From an uncultured delta proteobacterium (GTDB lineage: Bacteria; Desulfobacterota; Binatia; UBA9968), in NCBI GenBank assembly GCA_963728565.1, contig CAVSLC010000006.1:32001-96000 (forward strand): a stretch of 64,000 bases of DNA, given 5' to 3'. A model generated the notes under the pieces. The model saw only the letters and a list, made by a program, of their open reading frames with translations, had not been told where the DNA came from and made no database searches. Both the position numbers and the translations under genes were made by a program. Of this stretch, positions 1 through 10,006 are shown piece after piece. The stretch's first letter is position 1; every line of letters begins with the position of its first letter.

Positions 1-526
1 GGCCGCCGTTAAGTTGAAAACTGCCGCCCCAGGATTCGATATCTTTCAAAGTCATGCCATATGCCGCCAGACTCTGATCGACGAGCACGCGTGTGGAATG
101 CGTTGCGTCTTCCCGGATCGAAAGCCGGAGGGGAAACTTTTTCTCTTTGATCTCGGCCAACGACTTCAAGCCGGTTCTTGGATGAACGAGATAGACGAAA
201 TGATCGAGCGAAGGATAAACCGCGATGATCCTGATGGGCAGCGGCGTTGGAAATAAACCTGTTCCACGATACGCCTGAGTAAGCAGCCCGGAAGGATTGA
301 TCATCGCCATTTCCAACTCGTTGCGGCAGACCGCGTGCGCCAGAATCGGCGAGCCGGTCGCCATGCGCAGCCATGGGCGAAAGTTTTCGTTGGATCCGCT
401 GCCGACGGTAATGCACATGTCGCGCGGGCCGTAATAGGGTGTGTTCGGATCACCGGCGATATGCAAGCCGATCTCCCAAAGCATCTTGGCTCGCTGAAAA
501 TTTGCGCCGCGGGGAAGGGGTTCCAT
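1..526 (-). CDS. TAXI-family TRAP solute-binding-like protein, 5' part (runs off window)
   Basis: Not in ORF track. Manual translation from ATG 526 (RBS GGAGG) gives MEPLPRGANFQRAKMLWEIG...MAMINPSGLLTQAYRGTGLFPTPLPIRIIAVYPSLDHFVYLVHPRTGLKSLAEIKEKK...LAAYGMTLKDIESWGG, which is TAXI-like. Confidence 0.7.
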   Translation of the reverse strand, partial: MEPLPRGANFQRAKMLWEIGLHIAGDPNTPYYGPRDMCITVGSGSNENFRPWLRMATGSPILAHAVCRNELEMAMINPSGLLTQAYRGTGLFPTPLPIRIIAVYPSLDHFVYLVHPRTGLKSLAEIKEKKFPLRLSIREDATHSTRVLVDQSLAAYGMTLKDIESWGGSFQLNGG

Positions 527-641
527 CAATACCTCCAGAAAAGTAATCGTACCGGCGCTACCTTATTGATTTCGGCTCGTCGGTGTCAACAGCGCGGAGC
601 ATCCTGAGAGCCACAACGCAATCATGAGGAAGGAAATGAAA

Positions 642-751
642 ACCACGAAGGACACGAAGAGCACGAAGTTATAAATGCGATCGGAAACCCAAAGTTAAGC
701 TTCGCTATTTCAATATGTCATCACCTTCGTGTACTTCGTGCGCTTCATGGT
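642..751. repeat. Periodic palindrome family A, copy 1: (CACGAAGnn)3 - spacer - inverted arm
   Basis: ACCACGAAGGACACGAAGAGCACGAAGT at 642-669 and CCTTCGTGTACTTCGTGCGCTTCATGGT at 724-751. Confidence 0.85.
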
Positions 752-778
752 AAGCTATCTGGATAGAGCGCAGCTAAA

Positions 779-1204
779 ATGAGTTTCGATGCACAAGCGA
801 TGTTCGCCGATCTGGCCGAGAAGGAAAGAATCAAGGGGCACCATTCGGCCGAAGGACGCGCGATTCGGACGTTGAGTCGAGCCTTGAATGGCTATTCATC
901 CGGGAATCTCTCCGGCCGCGACGTCGTCGTGTTGTGTGATCAGGCGATTGAAGATTGGCTCAAGGCCAGGTGTAAAGTCTCGCCATGGTCGGTGCGCGGC
1001 TTGCCCGAATTACTCGCCAGGGCGGTGCAGGCGCGCTGGATTAGCCGCTTGGAAGCCGTGCGTCTGCAAAAGCTACGCAATGCGCGGCAGTCAATTGATC
1101 ATCAGGGCGCGGATGTGCCGGCGCTGGAAGTGGAGTCCACAGTGAAGTTTTGCATAGAGATCGATCGAGAGACATTGGTGAAGCGAATAGGGTCGTGTTC
1201 ATGA
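779..1204 (+). CDS. Putative HEPN-domain protein
   Basis: 141 aa, helical; LCDQAIEDWLKA resembles the HEPN QQAxEKxLKA helix; RQSIDH fits Rx4H. Confidence 0.5.
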   Translation: MSFDAQAMFADLAEKERIKGHHSAEGRAIRTLSRALNGYSSGNLSGRDVVVLCDQAIEDWLKARCKVSPWSVRGLPELLARAVQARWISRLEAVRLQKLRNARQSIDHQGADVPALEVESTVKFCIEIDRETLVKRIGSCS

Positions 1205-1229
1205 GCAATCAAGTTGAAAAGACTATTGA

Positions 1230-1304
1230 ACCACGAAGGGCATGAAGCGCACGAAGTAAAAAGATAAATGTTTGAATTCTCGTGGTCTTCGTGCGCTTGG
1301 TGGT
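1230..1304. repeat. Periodic palindrome family A, copy 2
   Basis: ACCACGAAGGGCATGAAGCGCACGAAGT at 1230-1257 and inverted TTCTCGTGGTCTTCGTGCGCTTGGTGGT at 1277-1304. Confidence 0.8.
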
Positions 1305-1421
1305 GGTAAGTTGGTTATCGCAAGGGAACGCCGTAACGCCGCAAGCGCTCGACAAGCTGCCTTAGCAAAAAAATCTCGCCATAATTGCTTTTCCAGCGAT
1401 CTCACACCGTCGACTTAGAAC

Positions 1422-2864
1422 ATGGATTCACGTATCAACTGGTTACTGCTGATCAACGCGGCGCTCGGCAACTTTATGGCCGGCACCGCAAGCCGGATTT
1501 TCACCGTTTCGTTACCCACCGTGGCCAATAGTCTTGAAACGAGCATTATCGCGATCTCCTGGGCTGTCATTGCTTACCAAATCTCGCAGATTAGTTTGTC
1601 GCTGGTTTTTGGCCGGGTTGGCGATGTCTACGGCCGGCACACTCTTTTTGGCGCTGGCCTGGTGATTTCGTCGTTGGCAGCGTTGCTGTGCGGCTTGTCC
1701 CAGAACGTGACCCAGTTGATTGTATTTCGGCTCTTTCAAGGTGTCGGCGCCTCCATGACCCAATCCCAGGGGCGGGCATTAGCCATGGAATCCGTGCCCA
1801 AGGAATCATCGGGCAGAGCGCAGGGGTATATGACGACGGCCTTTCACTCAGGCGTGCTCATCGGTCCCAGTGTCGGCGGCCTGATCATCGACTATATTCA
1901 CTGGCGCGCGGTGTTCTTCTTTCTGATGCCCATCGGGCTTTGTGGCATTCTATTGACGCTCTTCAATCGCATGAAAGGAAACATCTCGGCGCGCCCGACG
2001 ACTGCTTCATCCCAGCGCGCGATTGATTATCTTGGCGCGCTCCTTCTGATCGCGGCCACTGTGGCGCTGATCGCGAGCATCGATCATCGGATTATGGAAG
2101 CTGCCGGCGCGGCGATGCGGTTTGTAATTGTCGGCGGCTTTGTCTTGCTTTTCGGCGGCTTTCTTTATCGCGAGATAACCTGCGCCAGTCCGATTCTCGA
2201 TCTATCCCTGTTTCGTATCCGGATGTTTTCTTTGAGTAGTTTAACTTTGCTGCTGGTCGGCGTTGCCCAAGTGATGATCGGGTTCATGTTGCCTTTCTAC
2301 CTGCAAGACATTCTGCGCCTAGCGCCGTCCTTTATCGGCCTATTGTTCATCAGCGCGCCGATTTTTACCGTGACGCTGTCGCCATTTGTCGGTTGGGCGG
2401 TGGACAAGGTGGGGCCGCGCTTGCCGGCGACCATCGGCATCGCTTTTCTGGTCTGTGCCGCGTTCCTGGGCTCCTTCTTGCGAACTGATTCGCACTGGGC
2501 CTGGGCGGTTGCCGTGCTCGCCCTGTGGGGATTGGCCACGGCGCTATTTTTCACATCGAATCACACCGCGATGATCACGTCGGTGCCGGCAGAACATCGA
2601 GGCGTTGCCACCGGCGCGATCTATGTCATGTTCGGTCTGGGATCGACATTCGGTGTCTCGTTGGGCACCTTGCTGCTTACCGCGGCGTTTCGTTACTACA
2701 GCGGTGATCCGACGGCGACACCGGCGCCGGCAAACGCCACGGCGTTTGTGCAGGCGATGAATTTCAGTTTTTTCACCGGCGGTATCATGGCTCTATTAGC
2801 AATGGCTTGTTCCGCAATGAGGGGCAAGGCTGCGGCGGCGGCGACAGTAGTACGGAACAGATGA
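1422..2864 (+). CDS. MFS transporter, DHA2/EmrB-QacA-like (14 TM)
   Basis: 480 aa hydrophobic; motif A GRVGDVYGRH; LIVFRLFQGVG; WRAVFF. Confidence 0.9.
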   Translation: MDSRINWLLLINAALGNFMAGTASRIFTVSLPTVANSLETSIIAISWAVIAYQISQISLSLVFGRVGDVYGRHTLFGAGLVISSLAALLCGLSQNVTQLIVFRLFQGVGASMTQSQGRALAMESVPKESSGRAQGYMTTAFHSGVLIGPSVGGLIIDYIHWRAVFFFLMPIGLCGILLTLFNRMKGNISARPTTASSQRAIDYLGALLLIAATVALIASIDHRIMEAAGAAMRFVIVGGFVLLFGGFLYREITCASPILDLSLFRIRMFSLSSLTLLLVGVAQVMIGFMLPFYLQDILRLAPSFIGLLFISAPIFTVTLSPFVGWAVDKVGPRLPATIGIAFLVCAAFLGSFLRTDSHWAWAVAVLALWGLATALFFTSNHTAMITSVPAEHRGVATGAIYVMFGLGSTFGVSLGTLLLTAAFRYYSGDPTATPAPANATAFVQAMNFSFFTGGIMALLAMACSAMRGKAAAAATVVRNR

Positions 2865-2897
2865 AAACTGCAAGCAAAAGCTGAGACAACTCAGGCG

Positions 2898-4146
2898 ATG
2901 CTATCTTTATCGGTACTGTTGAACAAATACGGCCTGATAGCGCTGGCGTTTTTGCACATCGCAGTCAGCCGCGGTCTTCACGGTACTTTCGGTGTTTTCT
3001 TCGTCGCTATGGTAACGGCGTTCGGCTGGTCGCGAGCCATGACAGCGGGTGCAATCTCGCTGGCAATTATCTTCGAGGGCGCCTGTTTGCCGCTCGCCGG
3101 TGCTTTAACGGACCGCATCGGCGGGCGCAAGACTCTGATGCTCGGTGGTTTGGTGCTGGCCGTCGGATTAGGGTTTGCTTCGACAATTTCTTCGATCTGG
3201 CATTTCTATTTTTGGGTTGGGATTATCTCGGCATTCGGCATCGCCTTGATCGGCATGGTGCCTCACGTTGCCATTTTGTCGCGGGAGTTTCCGCAGCGCC
3301 GCGGCACTGCGCTGGGGATCGCCTGGGCCGGTGGTGGTGTCGGCATCGTATTGTTAGTCCCGTTCGCGCAATTGCTTATCGACAAATGGGGCTGGTCCTA
3401 TGCCTACATCGGGGTAGCGATGATCACGGCGCTGCTGGTGATTCCGCCGGTGCCGCTGTTTCTGCCGCGCGTCCTCACGATCAGCTCAGAACCGACGAAA
3501 AGCGCGACAACGAAATCGGCAGCAGAGCATACCGAAACGGATTGGACGGTCAGGCGCGCTTTGACGAATCCGGCATTTTGGCTGCTGTTTATCGCCAGAA
3601 CACTGGCGAGCATGGGTAATCAAGTCATTGTGACGCACCAAGTCGCCCATGCGGTCGACGTCGGTTACAGCACGGTCTTTGCCGCGTCGATCTTCGGTTT
3701 GATGGGAGTGATCAGCATCGGCGGCAGAATTCTCTTCGGTTACCTCGCCGATATTATGAACAGGCAAATGGTGTTTACCTGGGTTCAGGTGATATCCGCT
3801 CTCGGAATTTTCGCTCTGCTGATGTTGCATGATACGACGAGCGCCGTGGTTGCTCTACACCTATGCGGTTTGCTACGGACTCGGCCAGGGTTCGCGCGCA
3901 TTGGTGCTTTCGGCTATCTCGGCGGATATTTTTCACGGCAAGCACTTCGGCGCGATCTTCGGATACTTCACCTTCAGTATCGGGCTGGGGGGCGCGATCG
4001 GCGCATGGCTCGGCGGGTTTCTTTTCGATCTCAATCATAACTATACGATTGCGTTCTGGGTTTCCCTTGCGTGTTTGATTATTTCTGTTTTTATCGTTCT
4101 GGCGAGCGCTAAAGTCGTCAAAGCTCAGAAAGGAAGTTACCCATGA
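2898..4146 (+). CDS. MFS transporter (OFA/MCT-like), frameshifted near 3840
   Basis: ORF 2898..4040 (GALTDRIGGR) continues in ORF 3829..4146 (FHGKHFGAIFG...GGFLFD). Confidence 0.8.
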
Positions 4147-4760
4147 TTCAACTCTATACATGGGCCACGCCCAACGGAAAAAAAGTTTCGGTCATGCTCG
4201 AAGAGGTGGAGCTTCCCTATGAAGTCCATCCCATCAACATCGCCAAGGGCGATCAACTCAAACCCGAGTATCTGGCGATCAATCCCAACAATAAAATCCC
4301 CGCGATCATCGATAACGATGGACCCGGCGGCAAGCCGTTGAAACTGTTCGAGTCCGGGGCAATTCTAATGTACCTGGCGGAGAAAACAGGAAAGTTTTTG
4401 CCCCAGGAGATGGCCAAGCGCTACGAAGTGATTCAGTGGCTGATGTTTCAAATGGGCGGAGTGGGGCCGATGTTCGGCCAGGCCAATTATTTCTACCGGC
4501 TCGAAGAAAAGGTTCCCTTCGCCATCGAGCGGTACTATAAAGAGGCGATTCGCCTGTACAAAGTACTGGAGCAGACCTTGGGGCAAAGAGCTTATCTGGC
4601 GGGCGATTATTCAATCGCCGACATTGCCACCTATCCTTGGGTCGGTCGTCACGACGGCCATAACGTCAAGCTCGAAGAGTTCCCCAACGTTAAACGCTGG
4701 TTCGAAACGATTTCGCAACGGCCGGCGGTAGAGCGCGGGATGGCGGTTCCAAAAACGTAA
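4143..4760 (+). CDS. yfcG: Glutathione S-transferase, Nu class (YfcG-like GSH-dependent disulfide oxidoreductase)
   Basis: TPNG motif, INPNNKIPAI, LFESGAIL, YSIADIATYPW. Confidence 0.85.
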   Translation: MIQLYTWATPNGKKVSVMLEEVELPYEVHPINIAKGDQLKPEYLAINPNNKIPAIIDNDGPGGKPLKLFESGAILMYLAEKTGKFLPQEMAKRYEVIQWLMFQMGGVGPMFGQANYFYRLEEKVPFAIERYYKEAIRLYKVLEQTLGQRAYLAGDYSIADIATYPWVGRHDGHNVKLEEFPNVKRWFETISQRPAVERGMAVPKT

Positions 4761-4868
4761 AGCCGTGTCCAGCCGATCGTGGTCGTCGAACGTGTCGTGC
4801 CGGCAGTTCGAACGCGATCAGGGTGAGGCTGGTTGGGCTGGCGCCGCTAAGCATGAAAGGACAAGATT

Positions 4869-6647
4869 ATGAGCAAAGCACGAAAGATCGAGAAGCCTCG
4901 CGCGGAGTGGGGTTCGGACGTGGTCGTCGATCTGTTGAAGGCATTCGAGTTCGAATACATCGCGATCAACCCGGGAGCGACCTTCCGCGGCCTGCATGAT
5001 TCGCTGGTCAATTACGGCGGTAACCATGCACCCGAGATCATTCTCTGCACCCATGAGGAAATCGCCGTCGCTCTGGCGCATGGCTATGCCCGGGCCAAGG
5101 GCCGCCCGATGGCCGCGGCGGTGCACAACGTCGTCGGCCTGCAGCATGCCTCGATGGCGATCTACAATGCATGGGCGGACCGGCTGCCGGTGATTGTGCT
5201 GGGCGGCACCGGTCCGATGGACACAGCCAATCGCCGGCCGTGGATCGACTGGGTGCATACCGCGCTGGTGCAAGGAAACCTCGTCCGCGACTTCGTCAAA
5301 TGGGACGATCAGCCGGCCAGTGTTGAAGCGGTTCCCGATTCTTTTATTCGGGCTTATCGATTGGCGACGACCGAGCCGCAGGCGCCCGTTTACATCTGCT
5401 ATGACGGTGATGTTCAAGAGAAGCAACTCGAAGGCGAAGTGACCTTTCCGTCCCTGGATCGTTATCCCGCTCCTCTGCCGCTGCAAGCGCCGGAAGAAGG
5501 TTTTGACAAGACGATTCGCTGGCTGCTCGAGGCCAAGAAGCCGGTCATTATCGCCGACTGGGTCGGCAGGAAAGAAGCCGGCTTTCAAGCGCTCGGTGAA
5601 TTGGCTGAGATTCTCGGCGCGCCTGTGCTCGATCAATTTGGGCGATTCAATTTTCCCGTGCAGCATCCGCTCAATTTAACCGGGCAGAGCGACAAGGTGA
5701 TTCCGCAGGCCGATCTGATTCTCGCGTTGGATGTTCCCGACCTTGAAGGCGCGACCACGCGCAGAGCGCAGGAAAAGGGCAACCGGCGCCCGATGCCGTT
5801 GATGCAGGTCGGCGCCAAAATCATCAACGTCGGCCTCGACGACTTGCTCGTGCGCGCCTGGGCAACGGATTTCAACAAGCTGCGGGAAGCCGACCTGATG
5901 ATCACGGCGGATACCTCGGTGTTCTTGCCGGAGCTGCTGCGGCGCTTGAAGTCGGAGAAGAAATTGAGCGATCTGAAAGACGATATCGGCCGGCGTCGGG
6001 CCGATTGGGGCAAGATCTACGAAGACAAAAAAGCCGGCTTGGAAAAAGAACTGAAAACGAAATGGGACGAGAAGCCGATTTCGATGACGCGAATTTACGC
6101 CGAGATGGTCGAGGCGCTCAAAGGCGAGGACTGGGTATTGACCAACGGCAGTTCGCAAGGAAAAGAAAATCTGTACCTGGCCGCGGCCAAGTTCAATCAG
6201 ATTCTGGGCAAATACAAAGGCGGCGGATTGGGCTACGGCTTGCCCGCATCATTGGGCGCTGCGCTCGCGCTCAAGGGGTCGGGAAAATTTTGCGTCAACA
6301 TCCAGCCCGACGGCGATCTGCTCTTCACCGTCAGCGGATTATGGACCGCGGTGCATCATCAGATCCCGCTCCTGAGCATCGTCTGCAGCAATCGCTCTTA
6401 TTTCAATGACGAGGAACACCAGGAGCGCGTTGCCTTACAACGCAACCGGCCGGTGGAAAACAAAACCATCGGCATCCGCATAGAAGATCCCAATGTCGAT
6501 TTCGGCGCCATGGCGCGCACCTATGGCTGCTGGGGTGCCGGTCCGATCACCGAGCCCAAAGATCTCATCAAGACATTGCGCGAAGCCGTCAAGGTGGTGA
6601 AGGAAGGCAAGCCCGCGCTGGTCGATGTGGTATGCCAGATGCGCTGA
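4869..6647 (+). CDS. Thiamine pyrophosphate-binding enzyme (acetolactate synthase/benzoylformate decarboxylase superfamily)
   Basis: NPGAT, HEEIAVALAHGYA, GLGYGLPASLGAAL, TPP motif DGD...N. Confidence 0.9.
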   Translation: MSKARKIEKPRAEWGSDVVVDLLKAFEFEYIAINPGATFRGLHDSLVNYGGNHAPEIILCTHEEIAVALAHGYARAKGRPMAAAVHNVVGLQHASMAIYNAWADRLPVIVLGGTGPMDTANRRPWIDWVHTALVQGNLVRDFVKWDDQPASVEAVPDSFIRAYRLATTEPQAPVYICYDGDVQEKQLEGEVTFPSLDRYPAPLPLQAPEEGFDKTIRWLLEAKKPVIIADWVGRKEAGFQALGELAEILGAPVLDQFGRFNFPVQHPLNLTGQSDKVIPQADLILALDVPDLEGATTRRAQEKGNRRPMPLMQVGAKIINVGLDDLLVRAWATDFNKLREADLMITADTSVFLPELLRRLKSEKKLSDLKDDIGRRRADWGKIYEDKKAGLEKELKTKWDEKPISMTRIYAEMVEALKGEDWVLTNGSSQGKENLYLAAAKFNQILGKYKGGGLGYGLPASLGAALALKGSGKFCVNIQPDGDLLFTVSGLWTAVHHQIPLLSIVCSNRSYFNDEEHQERVALQRNRPVENKTIGIRIEDPNVDFGAMARTYGCWGAGPITEPKDLIKTLREAVKVVKEGKPALVDVVCQMR

Positions 6648-6801
6648 GTTGCTAGCGCACAAAAGTTCGCGAACCTCATCAATTTGTTTAACCGGCGTTC
6701 TTTAAGTATTCGCCTGCTGCATGCCTGATCGAAATGATCCAGAGGAGAGAGCAGTAAGTTCGCGGCACAGCATCAGCCAAATGCCTAGAACAAGCTTGGC
6801 G

Positions 6802-7509
6802 TCACTTCCGACCCTTGAATAACTGTTTGAAATAATCCGGTGCTGCGGTTTCAAACGTAAGTCGCTCACCCGTGAACGGGTGTGTAACCGAAAGCGAACG
6901 GGCGTGAAGCGCGAGATCGCGGTGCCCTCGTTTTTCTTTTCCGTACTTCGTGTCTCCCACAACAGGATGGCCATTTTCGGCGAGATGCACGCGTATCTGA
7001 TGTTTTCTGCCGGTCAATAGATCAACTTCCAATAGAGCAAAGTCTTTGGTTTGCTCGAGCACTCGATAGGCGGTGCGGGCTAACCTGCCTTTGCTCCTGT
7101 CCGACGTCGAGTAAACCAGGTGCGCCTTGTTTTCTGCCAGATAGCTAGAAATAATCTCCGTCTCTTTTTCCATCCGGCCGTGAACCACCGCCAGGTATTT
7201 CTTCTCCGTGGTGTCCCAATGCTGCTGCAGATGCAACTTCGCCTCGATCGTCTTGGCAAAGATGAGGATCCCCGATGTTTCACGATCGAGCCGGTGCACG
7301 ATGAAGATGCGATTGCGAGATTTGCTGCGACCCTTGCGCACGTAGTCGGTCAGGATGAAATAAGCCGTCCGCGTTTTCTCCGAATCGGTCGCCATCGTTA
7401 ACAGGCCGGCCGGTTTGTTAACCACCAGAATGTCCCTGTCTTCGTAGAGAAGCGCGATGCCGCGCGGGAGATTTCGTGTGGCAGGACGAGCGGAGATCAC
7501 AGGAACCAT
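6802..7509 (-). CDS. RluA-family pseudouridine synthase
   Basis: VNKPAGL, HRLDRETSG, TGRKHQIRVH, HPVVGDTKYG. Confidence 0.95.
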   Translation of the reverse strand: MVPVISARPATRNLPRGIALLYEDRDILVVNKPAGLLTMATDSEKTRTAYFILTDYVRKGRSKSRNRIFIVHRLDRETSGILIFAKTIEAKLHLQQHWDTTEKKYLAVVHGRMEKETEIISSYLAENKAHLVYSTSDRSKGRLARTAYRVLEQTKDFALLEVDLLTGRKHQIRVHLAENGHPVVGDTKYGKEKRGHRDLALHARSLSVTHPFTGERLTFETAAPDYFKQLFKGRK

Positions 7510-7639
7510 TGGATTTGAGTAAGCCCATCGTCGCCCGAAAAGGTTGGCTAACCGGCTGGCTTCGACCCTAGGTAACCATTCCGAGCGACTCTGTGGTTAT
7601 GTAGGAAGATAAACGTATTTGTTTATCAAATCGAAACGC

Positions 7640-8743
7640 TCATAGCCTAACCATCCCGGCTATTGTCTGCCCCGTGCCAGATGCTTTCGTAAATTCGTTC
7701 CAACTCAGCCGCTTCGCGCTCGATTGAAAAGTGATTGATCACATGAGCGCGCCCGGCCTTGCCCCATTTCGAGCGTGAGCTGCGGGTCGCGCATCAGAAT
7801 TTCGAGGCGAGAGACCAAGCCGTCGAGATCCTCAGGAGAAACCAGATAGCCGGTATGCTCGTTGACTATGATGTGGTGAGCGGCGCCGACGCGAGTTGCC
7901 ACCACCGCGCAACCGCTCGCCATTGCTTCCAACGGCACCAGCCCGAAACCCTCCCAACGCTGCGGCGCGACGACGATGCTAATGCGCCTGAACCAGAGAG
8001 GGATCTCAGCCGCGGGCCTTTCACCGAGAAAGTGGATGCGCTGCGACAGACCAGCAGCCGCGATGATGCCCTTGAGGTGTCTTGCAAACTGGAATTTGGT
8101 CCGGTGTCACGGCGCCAATGATCACGGCCGTGAAGTCGGGAAAGTTCGGTAGTAAGCGGCACATCGCTTCAACGAAAAGATCGGTTCCTTTTTGATGCCG
8201 CACACGTCCAAAAATAGCGATACCGAAGCGCCCGGAAAGTCCGCTCGCGCCCCATTCCCGGCTGCGGTCCTCAGCAGGAAAGTAGCGCGCCGTGTCGACG
8301 CCGTGGGAGATGATCTTGGCAGGTACCGGAATATAATTTGCTGTTTCAGCTGAAGTCGCGACAACGGCATCCATCTGCCGCATCAGCCAATGCGTCCAAC
8401 GACTGTGGCGGCGCTGGGCCGCAGATGTCAGCACGAGTTTGAGTGGCATGCCCAGCACGGAACGAAGAATCAGGCCTGTGAGCGCCTCGAGGTTGCGGCG
8501 CGCATGCCAAATGCGAAATCTTTTCCCGGGTGGCGGATTAAATCCGTGCCTGAAGAGATCGCTCCAGCTGATGCGCGGCCATTGCGGTGGGACACTGGGA
8601 CCCAGAGCGGCAATCTCTAATCGCTTGGCCTGTTCCGGTATCAGAGCCGCGACGGTTGAGGTTACTCCGGTGTGCCGCCGCTTTAGACTCGCGACAATAA
8701 CTTCGAATTCCTGGGCGCGATTCATAGATAAATCTCGGGACAC
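7640..8743 (-). CDS. lpcC: GT4 glycosyltransferase, LpcC/WadC-like LPS core mannosyltransferase; two apparent frameshifts (~8080 and ~7765)
   Basis: KRRHTGVTST, WHARRN, TSAAQRRH, GRVRHQKGTDLF; continues in other frames as EGFGLVPLEAMASG and FSIEREAAEL. Confidence 0.75.
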
Positions 8744-8805
8744 ACAGGGGGGACTCAGAGAAGAGATCGCTTGTTCGATTAGTTTTCTCCTCTAAGTTCG
8801 ACCCT

Positions 8806-9813
8806 TCATTTCACCCGTTCTATAAATCCGCTCTTTTTTATCTCATCAAGGATGGTCGGATCGAGCAGTCGCAGGCTGTCAGGGGTCGCTGCCGCAGCTT
8901 TAGCGTTTTGTTTGGCAACCTCGGCGATGACAAACTCAAGACCTCTTGGTTCCGGTAAGCTCAACATTCCGTCGCCATGCTGAGCGATGTAGAAATCATA
9001 TCCTATGGATGCGCTCTCATCGTCTAGGCGCAGGTATTTTTTGATCAGTCGAACCGCCAGATTCTTATCCCGCTTCATCATGTAGAGTCCTTCGATCATT
9101 GCTTTAATGAAACCGATCGCTTGCTCTCGGTGGGTTTCGAGAAACTTCCTAGTTGTCATAAAACAATTATGGCAGTAGCGCGGCAGTCCCCATTTTTTGT
9201 CCGACAGATCGACCATCAGACTCATGCCTGCTTTTATGGCCGAGGTCGCCTGAGGATCGCTCAGCACCGTCGCCTGGACCTGACCGGAAAGCAAAGCGGC
9301 CTGCCGTGTGGATACGCCGCCTAGCTGGAGGATTTGAACCTGATCGGCCTTCGCGCCGATTTTTTCCAAGGCGATTCTGAGGTTGACCTCTGAGGAGGAG
9401 CCGAACCGGCTGATGGCGATTCGTTTGCCTTTGAAATCCTCGGCTGTTTTGATTTCGGGTCGGACGATCAGTTTATCAGGAATGAAGTTGATCCCTCCGG
9501 CAACGATCGTGATGTCGGCTCCCCGTAAGTTGGCATTAACTGCCAAGGATCCGGTGGAAAAGAGGAACTGAGACTCGTTCGCCACCAGAGTCTGCATGCC
9601 GACCGTGCCGTTTTCGATGGCGATGTACTCCATGTCCATGCCATATTTCTTCAAGAGCTTTTGATCGTAAGCCACCCAGAGCAGCGAGTGGATGACAGAG
9701 AGGCCGCCGCTGGCGGCGCGAATTTTTTGCGCTGTGGCTGGCGCAGGGCTAAACGACAAAACCAGGAGTATGGCAACGGTTGAAAACATTCGTAGCTTCA
9801 CATTTTTCTCCAT
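8806..9813 (-). CDS. ABC-type substrate-binding protein, NMT1/SsuA/TauA-like
   Basis: Signal peptide after likely start 9813; EDFKGKRIAISRFGSSS; AALLSGQVQA. Confidence 0.85.
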   Translation of the reverse strand: MEKNVKLRMFSTVAILLVLSFSPAPATAQKIRAASGGLSVIHSLLWVAYDQKLLKKYGMDMEYIAIENGTVGMQTLVANESQFLFSTGSLAVNANLRGADITIVAGGINFIPDKLIVRPEIKTAEDFKGKRIAISRFGSSSEVNLRIALEKIGAKADQVQILQLGGVSTRQAALLSGQVQATVLSDPQATSAIKAGMSLMVDLSDKKWGLPRYCHNCFMTTRKFLETHREQAIGFIKAMIEGLYMMKRDKNLAVRLIKKYLRLDDESASIGYDFYIAQHGDGMLSLPEPRGLEFVIAEVAKQNAKAAAATPDSLRLLDPTILDEIKKSGFIERVK

Positions 9814-10006
9814 CCCATGGCAGAAATGCTCCGGTGTGTCATTAAAACGATCTTCACAGGAACGATACGAAGCGCATGAAATTAAAATTCGAGCGTCCGA
9901 TCCGCTGATCATCTTGGCCTCGTCTTCATGCGCTTCGAACTCTCGGTTGTTTCGGGAAGGCACTTGCCTCGAATACAACGATTTGGATGACTCATCGGCC
10001 GCCACG

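Noticed and set aside
642-1304. CRISPR array from the CACGAAG repeats
   Set aside because: Units are 9-nt tandem and inverted, not 23-47-nt direct repeats with unique spacers; no cas genes.
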